The position numbers and the translations under genes were made by a program. DNA of 34,475 nucleotides from Polyangiaceae bacterium (GTDB taxonomy: Bacteria; Myxococcota_A; Polyangia; Polyangiales; Polyangiaceae): NCBI GenBank assembly GCA_044376115.1, contig JBILLK010000050.1:1-34475 (forward strand), read 5' to 3'. The notes beneath the pieces were generated by a model. That model saw nothing but the letters and a program-made list of their open reading frames with translations, searched no databases and had not been told where the DNA came from. This document shows positions 1-9,143 of this stretch, one piece after another (positions within the stretch are counted from its first letter, which is position 1; each line of letters begins with the position of its first letter).

Positions 1-125
1 GCGACAACATCACGATGGACATCCAGCTGATTGCCCCCGTCGCTCTCGAAGAGCAGATGCGCTTCGCTATCCGCGAAGGCGGCAAGACGGTTGGCGCAGG
101 CATCGTCACCAAGATCATCGAGTAA
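1..125 (+). CDS. tuf: Elongation factor Tu, C-terminal fragment (gene starts before the window)
   Basis: Frame from base 3 reads [40 protein letters not shown] (TAA 123-125), the canonical EF-Tu C-terminus; lies just upstream of rpsJ. Confidence 0.97.
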   Translation, partial: DNITMDIQLIAPVALEEQMRFAIREGGKTVGAGIVTKIIE

Positions 126-131
126 TCGCAT

Positions 132-163
132 TCCGCGCGCTCCTCGAGTGGGGGGTGCGCGGA
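132..163 (+). other. GC-rich stem-loop between tuf and rpsJ (attenuator, terminator or mRNA-stabilising hairpin)
   Basis: TCCGCGCGCTCC pairs with GGGGTGCGCGGA (12 bp, two G-U pairs); no clean U-tract directly after. Confidence 0.5.
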
Positions 164-227
164 CCTCCCCAAAGTTTGGTTTTTGCTCAGCTCCGATTCA
201 AAGCTGGGCGTTGAAGGAAGTTCTCTC

Positions 228-539
228 ATGGCCGATGGCACCAAGATTCGTATCCGCCTCAAGGCGTTCGACCACCAACTCCTCGACAAGTCGACGACGG
301 ACATCGTCGAGACCGCAAAGCGAACCGGAGCACGCGTGGCGGGGCCGATTCCTCTGCCCACGGAACTGCGCCGCTACACGGTTCTCCGCGGCCCTCACGT
401 CGACAAGAAGTCGCGTGAGCAGTTCGAGGTGCGCACTCACAAGCGCCTCTTGGACATTATCGAGCCCACGCAACAGACCCTCGACGCCCTCATGAAGCTG
501 GACCTCTCGGCCGGCGTTGACGTCGAGATCAAGTCCTAG
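228..539 (+). CDS. rpsJ: 30S ribosomal protein S10
   Basis: [20 protein letters not shown]...GPIPLPT...[29 protein letters not shown] before ATG 228. Confidence 0.98.
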   Translation: MADGTKIRIRLKAFDHQLLDKSTTDIVETAKRTGARVAGPIPLPTELRRYTVLRGPHVDKKSREQFEVRTHKRLLDIIEPTQQTLDALMKLDLSAGVDVEIKS

Positions 540-549
540 GAGCTGTCCC

Positions 550-1173
550 ATGATTTTCACCGTCTACAACCTGAAGCGTGAAGAAGTCGGCAAGCTAGAG
601 CTCTCCGACGATGTTTTCGCTGGCGAAGTCCGAGAGCAGCTCTTCTACGAAGTAGTAAAAGCTCAGCTCGCGTCGCGTCGTTCCGGCACCAAGGCAACCA
701 AGGAGCGGTCAGCCGTTCGTGGTTCGTCGAAGAAGCTGTACAAGCAGAAGGGCACCGGCCGAGCTCGCCAGGGTTCACTGCGCGCCCCCCATCATCCCGG
801 CGGCGGTAACGCCCACGCGATGGAACCCAAGGACTGGTCCTACCGTCCCCCGCGCAAGGTTCGCGTGGCTGCACTGAAGAGTGCACTCTCGCTCTTTGCC
901 AAAGAGAACCGTCTTACCGTCGTCGACAGCCTCGAGCTGTCGGAGATCAAGACCAAGGCTCTCAGCTCAGCGCTTACGACGTTGAAGGTGGAGAAGAAGG
1001 CGCTCGTGGTCGATTCCAAGACCAACGAGAAGCTCCAGCTCTCCATCCGCAACATCGAGGCCCACCAGTTCCTGCCGCCGGAAGGCGTCAACGTGTATGA
1101 CCTGTTGAGGCACGACCACCTCATCGTGTCGAAGGATGCGGCGAAGGCCCTCGAGGCCCGCTGCCTTAAGTAA
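550..1173 (+). CDS. rplD: 50S ribosomal protein L4
   Basis: RRSGTKATKERSAVRGSSKKLYKQKGTGRARQGS...NVYDLLRHDHL; AGGAG SD overlaps the rpsJ stop codon. Confidence 0.97.
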   Translation: MIFTVYNLKREEVGKLELSDDVFAGEVREQLFYEVVKAQLASRRSGTKATKERSAVRGSSKKLYKQKGTGRARQGSLRAPHHPGGGNAHAMEPKDWSYRPPRKVRVAALKSALSLFAKENRLTVVDSLELSEIKTKALSSALTTLKVEKKALVVDSKTNEKLQLSIRNIEAHQFLPPEGVNVYDLLRHDHLIVSKDAAKALEARCLK

Positions 1174-1183
1174 GGCGAGAACC

Positions 1184-1486
1184 ATGCTGCGCACCAACGA
1201 AACCATTCTTAAGCGCCCGATCATCCTCACGGAGAAGTCGACGCGTCTTCGCGAAGGCGACAACAAGGTCATCTTCGAGGTCCTCCCGACCGCGAACAAG
1301 GCAGAGATCAAGAACGCCGTACAGAAGCTGTTCGGCGTGACGGTTCTCGATGTGAACACCTGCGTTATCCGAGGTAAGGATCGACGCATGGGGCGGGGCT
1401 ATTCGCGGCTCCGCAATTGGAAAAAAGCGGTCATCACCCTGAAGCAGGGTGACGAGATCAAGTTCTTCGACGAGAAGGCGGAGTGA
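1184..1486 (+). CDS. rplW: 50S ribosomal protein L23
   Basis: ILKRPIILTEKS...FEV...ANKAEIKNAVQKLFGVTVLDVNT...WKKAVITL. Confidence 0.97.
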   Translation: MLRTNETILKRPIILTEKSTRLREGDNKVIFEVLPTANKAEIKNAVQKLFGVTVLDVNTCVIRGKDRRMGRGYSRLRNWKKAVITLKQGDEIKFFDEKAE

Positions 1487-1489
1487 GTT

Positions 1490-2320
1490 ATGGGCATCAA
1501 GACTTCTAAGCCCACGTCCCCGGGACGGCGTTTTTATTCGGTCAGCGACTTCAAAGAGATCACGACCGATGTCCCCGAGCGAAGCCTGATCGAGAAGCAG
1601 ACTTCCTCGGGTGGCCGCAACAATCGTGGCCGCATCACCTCGCGCTTCCGCGGCGGTGGTCACAAGCAGCGCTACCGAGTCATCGACTTCAAGCGCAACA
1701 AGATCGGCGTTCCGGCCAAGGTGTACTCGATCGAGTACGATCCCAACCGAACCGCCCGCATCGCTCTGCTGCACTACGCAGACGGCGAGAAGCGCTACAT
1801 CCTCGCTCCCGACGGTCTCACCGTGGGTTCGGAGATCGTCTCGAGCCGCCACGCCGATATCAAGGCCGGCAACTCGCTCACGCTGCGCTACATCCCCCCG
1901 GGGACCAGCATTCACAACGTGGAGCTCAAGAAGGGCAAGGGCGGTCAACTCGTTCGCTCAGCAGGCTCTTCGGCTCAGCTGATGGCGAAGGATGGAGAGT
2001 GGGCGCAAGTTCGTCTTCCCTCCGGCGAAATCCGCAAGATCCACGTTGAGTGTCGCGCCACGGTCGGCCAGGTGTCGAACCTCGAGCACGCGAACGTGAG
2101 CCTCGGCAAGGCCGGCCGCACCCGCTGGCTCGGCTTCCGACCTCACAACCGCGGCGTGACGATGAACCCGGTTGATCACCCGATGGGCGGTGGCGAAGGC
2201 CGAACCTCCGGTGGTCGTCACCCTTGTTCGCCCTGGGGTCAGCTCTCCAAGGGCAAGAAGACCCGTAACAACAAGCGAACTGATTCAATGATCATTCGTC
2301 GCCGTAACCAGAAGGGCTGA
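1490..2320 (+). CDS. rplB: 50S ribosomal protein L2
   Basis: [52 protein letters not shown]. Confidence 0.99.
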   Translation: MGIKTSKPTSPGRRFYSVSDFKEITTDVPERSLIEKQTSSGGRNNRGRITSRFRGGGHKQRYRVIDFKRNKIGVPAKVYSIEYDPNRTARIALLHYADGEKRYILAPDGLTVGSEIVSSRHADIKAGNSLTLRYIPPGTSIHNVELKKGKGGQLVRSAGSSAQLMAKDGEWAQVRLPSGEIRKIHVECRATVGQVSNLEHANVSLGKAGRTRWLGFRPHNRGVTMNPVDHPMGGGEGRTSGGRHPCSPWGQLSKGKKTRNNKRTDSMIIRRRNQKG

Positions 2321-2325
2321 TTGAT

Positions 2326-2607
2326 ATGCCGCGCAGTGTAAAGAAGGGCCCGTTCATCGACGGCCATCTACTTGAGAAGATCCAGGGCGCCCAAGGTCAA
2401 CAGTCGAAGAAGGTCATCAAGACCTGGTCACGTCGCAGCACGATCTTCCCGGAGGCCGTTGGTCTCACGTTTGCCGTTCACAACGGCCGGAAGTTCGTTC
2501 CTGTGTTCGTCACCGAGAACATGGTTGGGCACAAGCTCGGCGAGTTCGCTCCGACGCGCACGTTCCACGGTCACTCCGGGGACAAGAAGGGCAAAGTCGG
2601 AAAGTAG
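2326..2607 (+). CDS. rpsS: 30S ribosomal protein S19
   Basis: [12 protein letters not shown]...[10 protein letters not shown]...[29 protein letters not shown]. Confidence 0.99.
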   Translation: MPRSVKKGPFIDGHLLEKIQGAQGQQSKKVIKTWSRRSTIFPEAVGLTFAVHNGRKFVPVFVTENMVGHKLGEFAPTRTFHGHSGDKKGKVGK

Positions 2608-2626
2608 GCTTTCGGCCGCTCTCTGA

Positions 2627-2667
2627 AAAGGCGCTGCTCCCACACCGGGAGTGGCGCCTTTGCCTTT
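2627..2667 (+). terminator. Rho-independent terminator ending the shortened S10 operon
   Basis: AAAGGCGCTGCTCCC-acacc-GGGAGTGGCGCCTTT stem followed by GCCTTT, 20 nt after the rpsS stop. Confidence 0.75.
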
Positions 2668-2799
2668 GTAGGCGTCGTCCGGTCATCTTGATGGTGCGTC
2701 CAACCATCGTGAACTGTTGGTACGCCAGCAACGGATCGGTGGGTCGTGGCAAAGTGCGACTGTGGCTGAAATGCGTGTTGGGTCAATCGCGGAGCCACT

Positions 2800-2815
2800 T
2801 GGCGCGCTCCGTGCT
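2800..2815 (+). promoter_or_regulatory. Putative sigma54 (-24/-12) promoter of the enhancer-binding protein gene
   Basis: TGGCGCG-CTCC-GTGCT, GG-N10-GC spacing, 12 nt before ATG 2828. Confidence 0.5.
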
Positions 2816-2827
2816 CTACACGTTTGT

Positions 2828-3886
2828 ATGTTGAACACAGCGACGCATGACCCCGAATCGAAACGTGCGTTCGCGTATGCACCGACAGAACGCCCCTCCG
2901 CCTTGAAGGATGCGGAGTCGCAGCCGGAGCTGCTCTTGCGCGGGTCGAGTCGCGCGATGACGCGGGTCTTCGACGTCGTAGCGCGGGTCGCGCCCACCGA
3001 CGCCTCGGTACTGATTTGTGGTGAGACCGGCACGGGGAAGGAGCTGATCGCGCGGGCGATTCACAACCTGTCACGCCACCGTACGGGCCCCTTCGTTGCG
3101 CTCAACTGTGCGGCGGTGCACCCGAATTTGCTCGAAAGCGAGCTGTTTGGTCACGCGAAAGGCGCCTTCACCGATGCGAAGTTCGCCCGGCCGGGCCTAT
3201 TCAAACAGGCGAGCGGAGGCACGCTGTTTCTCGACGAGCTGGGCGAGATGCCGGTCGAGATGCAAGCGAAGCTGCTGCGCGCGCTGCAGGAGCGGAAGGT
3301 CCGCCCGGTGGGCTCGGATGAGGAAGTGGACTTCGACGCGCGCATCGTGTCGGCGACGAACCGCGATCTCGAGGACGAAGTGGTTCGCAAGCGCTTCCGC
3401 GAGGACCTCTACTATCGCATCAACGTGGTGAAGGTCGAGTTGCCGCCCTTGCGTGAGCGGGCGACCGACGTGCTCGAGTTGGCGCAACACTTCCTCGATC
3501 TTGCAGCGACACGGGAGGGCTACGGCGCCGTACGTCGCTTGTCCGCGGCCGCCGCTGATCGGCTGATGCAGTACAACTGGCCCGGCAACGTACGCGAGTT
3601 GGAGAACTGCCTCGAGCGCGCCGCCGCCATGTGCTCCGGTGACGACATTGCGCTCGAGGACCTGCCCGAAAAGGTGCGTAAGTATCGCTCAGAGGCGTTG
3701 CCAGTTGCCGCGCAAACCAGCGAAGAGGTAGTCACGCTCGACGAACTCGAGCGACGCTACATCGACCGGGTGCTCAAGATCGTTAGTGGCAACAAGTCCC
3801 GGGCCGCCGAGCTGCTGGGCCTGGACCGGCGAACCTTGTATCGCAAGCTAGCGCGCAGCAGCGTCGGAGCGGAACAGTCGATGTGA
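2828..3886 (+). CDS. Sigma54-dependent enhancer-binding protein (AAA+ and Fis HTH), no N-terminal sensor domain
   Basis: [79 protein letters not shown]; start uncertain. Confidence 0.93.
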   Translation: MLNTATHDPESKRAFAYAPTERPSALKDAESQPELLLRGSSRAMTRVFDVVARVAPTDASVLICGETGTGKELIARAIHNLSRHRTGPFVALNCAAVHPNLLESELFGHAKGAFTDAKFARPGLFKQASGGTLFLDELGEMPVEMQAKLLRALQERKVRPVGSDEEVDFDARIVSATNRDLEDEVVRKRFREDLYYRINVVKVELPPLRERATDVLELAQHFLDLAATREGYGAVRRLSAAAADRLMQYNWPGNVRELENCLERAAAMCSGDDIALEDLPEKVRKYRSEALPVAAQTSEEVVTLDELERRYIDRVLKIVSGNKSRAAELLGLDRRTLYRKLARSSVGAEQSM

Positions 3887-3889
3887 GGC

Positions 3890-4312
3890 TCAGTCCTCGG
3901 CGACTACGTCGGCCCGAAGCACGCTCACGCCTGTCATCGTGAGCACGTTGGCTGCGGGCTCGGCGCTGACGTTGAGGGTGAACTTCTTGAACGAGGTCTT
4001 GAACTCGAAGCTGCCTTCTTGATCGCCGTCCACCTGAAATGCTCCCGCATTCTGCGTGTTGGGCGAGCCATCGGGCGTGAGCCAGACCACGTACGTCGTG
4101 GCCTTGGCGTCGAGGCGTTTGGGATCCCCGAGGTTCTTGACTCGGACGCGCACGGACCCGTTGCCGGTCTTCTCGTAGCTCGCTTGGACTTCGCCCTCGG
4201 TGAAGGGCGCGTTGGGCGCCGGCGTCATCGCGGTACTGGTGGCACATCCGACGAGGCTTAGGCTGACTGCGAACAAGACCGAAATGATGGGCGAGATCTT
4301 CGAAACCGACAT
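3890..4312 (-). CDS. Lipoprotein of unknown function (140 aa)
   Basis: Signal peptide ending in lipobox LVGC; YVVW...QNAGAF beta-rich domain; GAAGG SD. Confidence 0.75.
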   Translation of the reverse strand: MSVSKISPIISVLFAVSLSLVGCATSTAMTPAPNAPFTEGEVQASYEKTGNGSVRVRVKNLGDPKRLDAKATTYVVWLTPDGSPNTQNAGAFQVDGDQEGSFEFKTSFKKFTLNVSAEPAANVLTMTGVSVLRADVVAED

Positions 4313-4354
4313 AAGGCACAACCTTCTGCAGGCGAGGCCTGCAGAAGCTCGTTG

Positions 4355-4370
4355 AGCATGCGCCGTGCCG
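4355..4370 (-). promoter_or_regulatory. Putative sigma54 promoter of the 3890-4312 lipoprotein gene
   Basis: Minus strand CGGCACG-GCGC-ATGCT, GG-N10-GC spacing. Confidence 0.55.
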
Positions 4371-4403
4371 TAACGTTGGTTGTCGCAGCTCGCCGCTTTT
4401 GAC

Positions 4404-4709
4404 TCAGCGGTCCTCGGTACCTGCGACTCCGTAGATAGCGACCTGTCCGCTTGGGGCCGCCGAAGGTGCGCTCGAGGTGGCCGGCTCGGCCGCAGGAGCG
4501 GGACCCTCTGTCGCTGGTACGCCGTACTTCGGTGCGCTTGGTGGCGCGCCGCAGGCACCCAGCGCTGCGCTCGAAAGACCGAGCACGACGGCGATGGCCG
4601 TCTTGGCGAGGCTTCCGTCTGCGTTGCGCATGGTGGCTCCGCAATGCGGGCAAACAGCTTCGGCGAACTTTACGGCACAGGCGCACTGGGCGCAGGCAAC
4701 GAGCGACAT
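4404..4709 (-). CDS. Small protein with zinc ribbon, hydrophobic/lipobox segment and YG(V)P-type motifs
   Basis: CAQC...CPHC, then AIAVVLGLSSAALGAC, PKYGVP and a C-terminal AIYGVA. Confidence 0.7.
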   Translation of the reverse strand: MSLVACAQCACAVKFAEAVCPHCGATMRNADGSLAKTAIAVVLGLSSAALGACGAPPSAPKYGVPATEGPAPAAEPATSSAPSAAPSGQVAIYGVAGTEDR

Positions 4710-4946
4710 CCGCTAAGGGTCTGCGCGCTGCGCCCATTCGTCAACGCTGCGCTCGGAGGTTTGAGCGCGCGCGTCACTTTGAGGGAGAAAACACGATCGG
4801 GTAGGAGACTTTGACGTCAGAAATGCTCGAATTGGTGCACGAAGGCAGAAACTGCGCCGCGCGCCTCGGGTTCATGCAGGCGATGAAAGGATGAGTTTCG
4901 AGCGTTCGAATTGTGGATTCCGCGTCGCAGCGCACCCATCCGGAGC

Positions 4947-5576
4947 ATGAAGATCGCGTTCCTCGGATACGGCAACGTTGGTGCTGCCTTGGCGGACAAG
5001 CTCGCGCTGGCCGGCCATGATGTGGGGCTCTCTACGAGCAAGGAAGCTTCGGCGAGCCTCACGAAAGCGCTCGCCCGCAACCCGGCGTTGCGCGCCGTCG
5101 AAACGAAGGAGGCGATTCGCGCAGCGGAGGTCGTCTTCCTCGCCACGCCCTTCCAAACCAACCAGGCGCTGCTCGAAGGGCTGGTCGACGAACTGAAGGG
5201 CAAGATCCTCGTCGACTGCACCAACCCGGTTGGGCCAGGGCTCTCCCACGGCCTCAAGAGCGCTCAGTCGGGGAGCGAGCTGATTGCGTCGCTCGTTCCG
5301 CTGGCCAAGGTGGTCAAGGCCTTCACCATCTACGGCTTCGAGAACCTCGAGAACAACCAGTTCCCCGGTGCGAAGGCCGCGATGTTCTTTTGTGGCAATG
5401 ACGCAGCGGCGAAGTCCGTCGTCTCCGGGCTGATCAGCGAGCTCGGTTGGGAGCCACTCGATGTTGGTGGGCTCGAGCAGGCGTTGCACCTCGAGCACAT
5501 GACCTTGCTCTGGGTTCGCATGGTGCGGATGCACAAGGCGTCGCCGCACATGGTTTGGGCGGTGCTCAAACGCTAA
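4947..5576 (+). CDS. NAD(P)-binding oxidoreductase, F420-dependent NADP oxidoreductase-like (COG2085)
   Basis: MKIAFLGYGNVG Rossmann motif, VFLATP, GKILVDCTNP, VVKAF, FFCGND..AK, LGWEPLDVGGL; GGAG SD. Confidence 0.88.
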   Translation: MKIAFLGYGNVGAALADKLALAGHDVGLSTSKEASASLTKALARNPALRAVETKEAIRAAEVVFLATPFQTNQALLEGLVDELKGKILVDCTNPVGPGLSHGLKSAQSGSELIASLVPLAKVVKAFTIYGFENLENNQFPGAKAAMFFCGNDAAAKSVVSGLISELGWEPLDVGGLEQALHLEHMTLLWVRMVRMHKASPHMVWAVLKR

Positions 5577-5623
5577 CGAGCCCCGGTCTTGCGACCGGAG
5601 CTCGTGATCGACGCTTCAACGGC

Positions 5624-7375
5624 TCACTGCGGGACGGGCGGTACCACCACGTCGTTGATCGGCGCCACGCTCATTCCTGCGGGATAGGCGTAGCTGGCGT
5701 AATAGTCGTAGCCCCAAACGGTGAGTCCGAAGGCCGCATCGCTCGAGGCTTGATGCACGCCGTTGGAGCAGCCGCCCACGCCGGCGCCGTTGTCGACGAT
5801 CAGCAGGCGCAAGGCCTCGGAGTCAGCGTTGACGGTCTCCCAGCCGCTGAGGGTGCCCATGCAGTCGAGCGTGACGTCGTGGAACTCCCCGTTTTCATCG
5901 CGCTTGCGCGTAAACACCAGCGCGGTGTGACCGTAGGTCGGGTCGGTGACGAACAGGTAGCTCGCGAGGTATTGATCCGGCGGGACGGCGTTGACGTACT
6001 CGGGATCCCCGAGCCCCTCGCCGTTGGTCGCGCCGCCGGTCATGTGCGCGGCGATCGAGAAGGGGAACTCCTCGCCTTGGCTCTTCACCGTGAAGGGCGC
6101 CGAGGCCGAGATGATCACCACCTCGCCTTTGTCGATCTTGCTCGGTGCGCCGGCAGGCACCGGCTCGAAGGTGAGCTGCGTGCCGTCCACCATGCCGACC
6201 AACGTCACCGGCGCGTTGTCGTCTCCGCCGCGGCTTGGATAACGCGCGACGATGTACTCGTTGCCGAGCGATTGCACCGGCAGTAGCTGTTGGTGCGCGG
6301 CGTCGCAGGCGTCGAGCCCGGTGGGGATGTTCATGCAGCTCGAGCCGCCCCACACGCTGACCGGCTTGTCGGCGGAGAGCAGTGAACCGGCGAGCCGACT
6401 GGGCTGTTCGATCTGCAGGAAGTCCCCGCGCATCAGCGTCAGGTTGGCAGGCACGTTGGCCGGCATCGCCGGAACGATGCCGCTTTGCGGGATGTTCGAC
6501 TTCGGTACGAAGGTGACCTTGGTGTTGTCTTGGCTGGCGACGATCTGCGTAAAGGGGTTGCCGGAGGCTGCCTCCCACGCATCGGCGGTCACCACGTTGG
6601 TGCCCCATGAGGTGGTCGGGAACAGCAGCGAGGCGCTGGTGGCGTAGCTGCTCGCGCCGCCCCAGGGATAGACGTCATAGGCGACCACCGGAGCCGAGGT
6701 GGTGATGTTGAAGGCGCTGCCCACGCCCGAGCCGTTCACCTGCGTCGAGGTCGTTTTCCAGGACGGCTTGGGACACGCGACGCGCAGCGGATCCCCGGAG
6801 TTGTATTGCGAGAGGAAAATCACGCCGAGCTCTCCCGGCCCGAGCTGCCCGTTCGAAAGCGGTTCATAGGAGAGGTTGCCAGAGCCGGTGGGCTTGTACG
6901 CGTAGGGCGCCGCGTCGGTGGTCTCACCGCCGTACTCGAGGCCGATGGTGATGGGCGTGGTCCAGGTGTTGGCGATCATCGCCGCGAAGCAACCTCCGCG
7001 CGAGCCGAACACCACCGGCGTCGTGACCGAGTAGAAGTCGCAGCCGATGGTGCTTTGGTGCTGCCCAGCCGCTTCGCACGGCGCGACGCAGGCGCCACCG
7101 GGAGCGCAGGCTTTGTCGGCGGGGCATTCGGAGAGCACGTTGCCGTTGCAATCCAAGTAGGAGTGCAGATCGGCCGAGCAGCGGTTGCTGCAACCGCCTT
7201 CACCATTGCCGGCAAAGCCGCTCATGGTCGAGCCGGAGCTGTTACTGAAACCCTGGCCGCCGCCGCCTTCGGTGTCGCCTGCACCTGTGCCAGGCGGATC
7301 AGCGCCGGCGCCGCAGGCTGCGACGGAAACGGAGAGAAGGAGCAAAGACCCGAGACCCAGTTGATGGCGGTTCAC
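5624..7375 (-). CDS. IgGFc-binding-domain lipoprotein with Cys-rich N-terminus
   Basis: Lipobox VAAC, Gly linker, Cys-rich region, STIGCDFY, ASLLFPT..WG, QQLLPV..LG.EY, SYAYPAG. Confidence 0.85.
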   Translation of the reverse strand: MNRHQLGLGSLLLLSVSVAACGAGADPPGTGAGDTEGGGGQGFSNSSGSTMSGFAGNGEGGCSNRCSADLHSYLDCNGNVLSECPADKACAPGGACVAPCEAAGQHQSTIGCDFYSVTTPVVFGSRGGCFAAMIANTWTTPITIGLEYGGETTDAAPYAYKPTGSGNLSYEPLSNGQLGPGELGVIFLSQYNSGDPLRVACPKPSWKTTSTQVNGSGVGSAFNITTSAPVVAYDVYPWGGASSYATSASLLFPTTSWGTNVVTADAWEAASGNPFTQIVASQDNTKVTFVPKSNIPQSGIVPAMPANVPANLTLMRGDFLQIEQPSRLAGSLLSADKPVSVWGGSSCMNIPTGLDACDAAHQQLLPVQSLGNEYIVARYPSRGGDDNAPVTLVGMVDGTQLTFEPVPAGAPSKIDKGEVVIISASAPFTVKSQGEEFPFSIAAHMTGGATNGEGLGDPEYVNAVPPDQYLASYLFVTDPTYGHTALVFTRKRDENGEFHDVTLDCMGTLSGWETVNADSEALRLLIVDNGAGVGGCSNGVHQASSDAAFGLTVWGYDYYASYAYPAGMSVAPINDVVVPPVPQ

Positions 7376-7386
7376 GCGCGGGCGTT

Positions 7387-7402
7387 AGCAACCGTTGTGC
7401 CG
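7387..7402 (-). promoter_or_regulatory. Sigma54 promoter giving a leaderless start at GTG 7375
   Basis: Minus strand CGGCACA-ACGG-TTGCT, close to the TGGCACG-N4-TTGCW consensus; the start codon falls at the expected +1. Confidence 0.7.
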
Positions 7403-7552
7403 TCTCGGGGAGGCGGGAAAATCAGCGGTTTCGTGCCTTCTCTTGGCGCCGGCCACCTTTGGCTTGCACCGCCCGACCAAGTTTTGAGCAACCTGCCTGC
7501 GTTGGTTGCACTTCGTGTGTCGCTTGCTCGGTGCCGTCCGTAGTATGCGCCG

Positions 7553-9013
7553 ATGCGAGCCAGATTCAGCTACCACGCGCTCTTTCTGGCCATCGTCGGT
7601 TTGTTGATCGCTGTGGTGGTCTTGCCCGAGGTGCCAGCGCTCTCCGACTTCCCCAACCACATGGCGCGCGTGCACGTGCTCACGCACCTGCCGTCCCCCG
7701 CCGTGAACCGCTTTTACGAGGGCGCCTGGGGCCCTTATCCCAACCTCGCGTTCGATCTTTTCGGTGTGTTCGTGGTGCCGGGGCTTTCGGCGATCACGGC
7801 CGGGAAGCTCTTTCTCGCGATCACCATCGCGGCGTGGTGTTCGGCCTGTGTGCGGCTGGGCGCTGCGGTCACCGGCCGGCCCTCCTTGCGCGCGCTGATC
7901 GCCTGCACCTTCGTGCTCAACGAGCACTTTCTCCAGGGCTACGCGAACTACGCCTTCGGCATGGCGCTGGCCGTGCACGTGCTCGCAACGTTGGTCGCCG
8001 AGCAGCGGCGCGCCGCGGACTACGCCACGCTCGCGTTGCTCTCGCTGGGCACGGCTGTCGCGCACGGTGCTGCCTTGGTCACGCTGTTCGTCTTTTGTTT
8101 CGCGGTGGCGGTCGGTGGCGTCGGTAAGCCCAGCAGCCTGCGCGCGCGCTTCCCAGGTTGTGTGGTCGCTGTGTTGCCCGGGTTCGCGTACCTCGCGCAT
8201 TGGACCCTGCGTTACGCCTCGCGCAGCGCCGACCGCGCCTTCTCGCCGATCGGAGCGTCGCTCAAGCACCTGCTCTTCTCGATCGTGCCATCGCTCAACC
8301 GCAGCGTGGATCTATTGGTGCTCGGCGGGTTCGTGCTTGCGCTGGGGGTGCTCGCGTTCGGGGCGCGCAAACGCGGCGTGGTGCTACCGATGTTGATCGG
8401 CAGCGCGCTCTTGAGCCTCTTGGTGTTCATCGCGCCGTCGGAGTTCGCCGGCACCTACGAGGCGAACGGTCGCTACGCGCTCGGCGCCTGGACGCTCGGG
8501 CTGTTCGTGTTGCGGCCGGCGCAGCTCGCGTACGAAAAGCTCGAGCAAGCGGCCTTCGGCCTCGTCTGCCTGCTCAGCGCCGTGCGCTTCGCGGTGCTGG
8601 CGAAGACCGAGCTCGAGCTCGGGCAAGAGCTCGCGGCCGAGCGCCGCGTACTCGCGCTCTTCCCGGTCGGTGCAACGCTCGGCAACGTCACCTACTTGAG
8701 CGACGGCGACCGTGCGCGCAGTTTGCGCGAACGGTCTTTGCTTCACGCGCCGGCGCTGGCGGTGATCGACCGTGAGGTCAACCTGCCGACCCTTTACGCC
8801 ATCCCCGGCGCGCAGCCGCTCGTACACAAGCAGCCCAAGATCGCGCAACACCGCATCAGCCCGCAGCACAAAGTCGACGTCGAGCGCATGCGCGCCGAGC
8901 TCGACGGAGCCTGGCTCTGCCGCGTGCCCGCCGAGGTTCGCGAGCAGCTGGTTGGAAGCGGGACCAGCTTGGGTCGGCAGGGCGATTGCGAGTTGGTGCT
9001 GTTCGGCAAGTGA
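7553..9013 (+). CDS. Polytopic membrane protein, possibly GT-C-fold glycosyltransferase-like
   Basis: About 11 hydrophobic helices; D-x-P-N-H motif in the first loop (SDFPNHMAR), PYPN, GYANY; soluble C-terminal domain. Confidence 0.7.
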   Translation: MRARFSYHALFLAIVGLLIAVVVLPEVPALSDFPNHMARVHVLTHLPSPAVNRFYEGAWGPYPNLAFDLFGVFVVPGLSAITAGKLFLAITIAAWCSACVRLGAAVTGRPSLRALIACTFVLNEHFLQGYANYAFGMALAVHVLATLVAEQRRAADYATLALLSLGTAVAHGAALVTLFVFCFAVAVGGVGKPSSLRARFPGCVVAVLPGFAYLAHWTLRYASRSADRAFSPIGASLKHLLFSIVPSLNRSVDLLVLGGFVLALGVLAFGARKRGVVLPMLIGSALLSLLVFIAPSEFAGTYEANGRYALGAWTLGLFVLRPAQLAYEKLEQAAFGLVCLLSAVRFAVLAKTELELGQELAAERRVLALFPVGATLGNVTYLSDGDRARSLRERSLLHAPALAVIDREVNLPTLYAIPGAQPLVHKQPKIAQHRISPQHKVDVERMRAELDGAWLCRVPAEVREQLVGSGTSLGRQGDCELVLFGK

Positions 9014-9143
9014 GCCCGTGAACGAGCGTTCGCACTGCGCCACGAAGATCCTTGTCGCGCGGCGGTGCCGGGCCGCAACCCGTTGCCTTCTCGCGCATTC
9101 TGATTCGTCACTCGAGCGGCACAGATTCTGCTGAACGGTGACC

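Noticed and set aside
3161..3178. GAFTDA as a sign of an inactive activator
   Set aside because: The key F and T residues are retained and the variant occurs in other EBPs; not evidence of lost function.
4817..4920. Remnant of a divergent LysR regulator (AVSAFVHQFEHF*) upstream of the oxidoreductase
   Set aside because: Only ~12 residues of weak resemblance with no in-frame start; not supportable.
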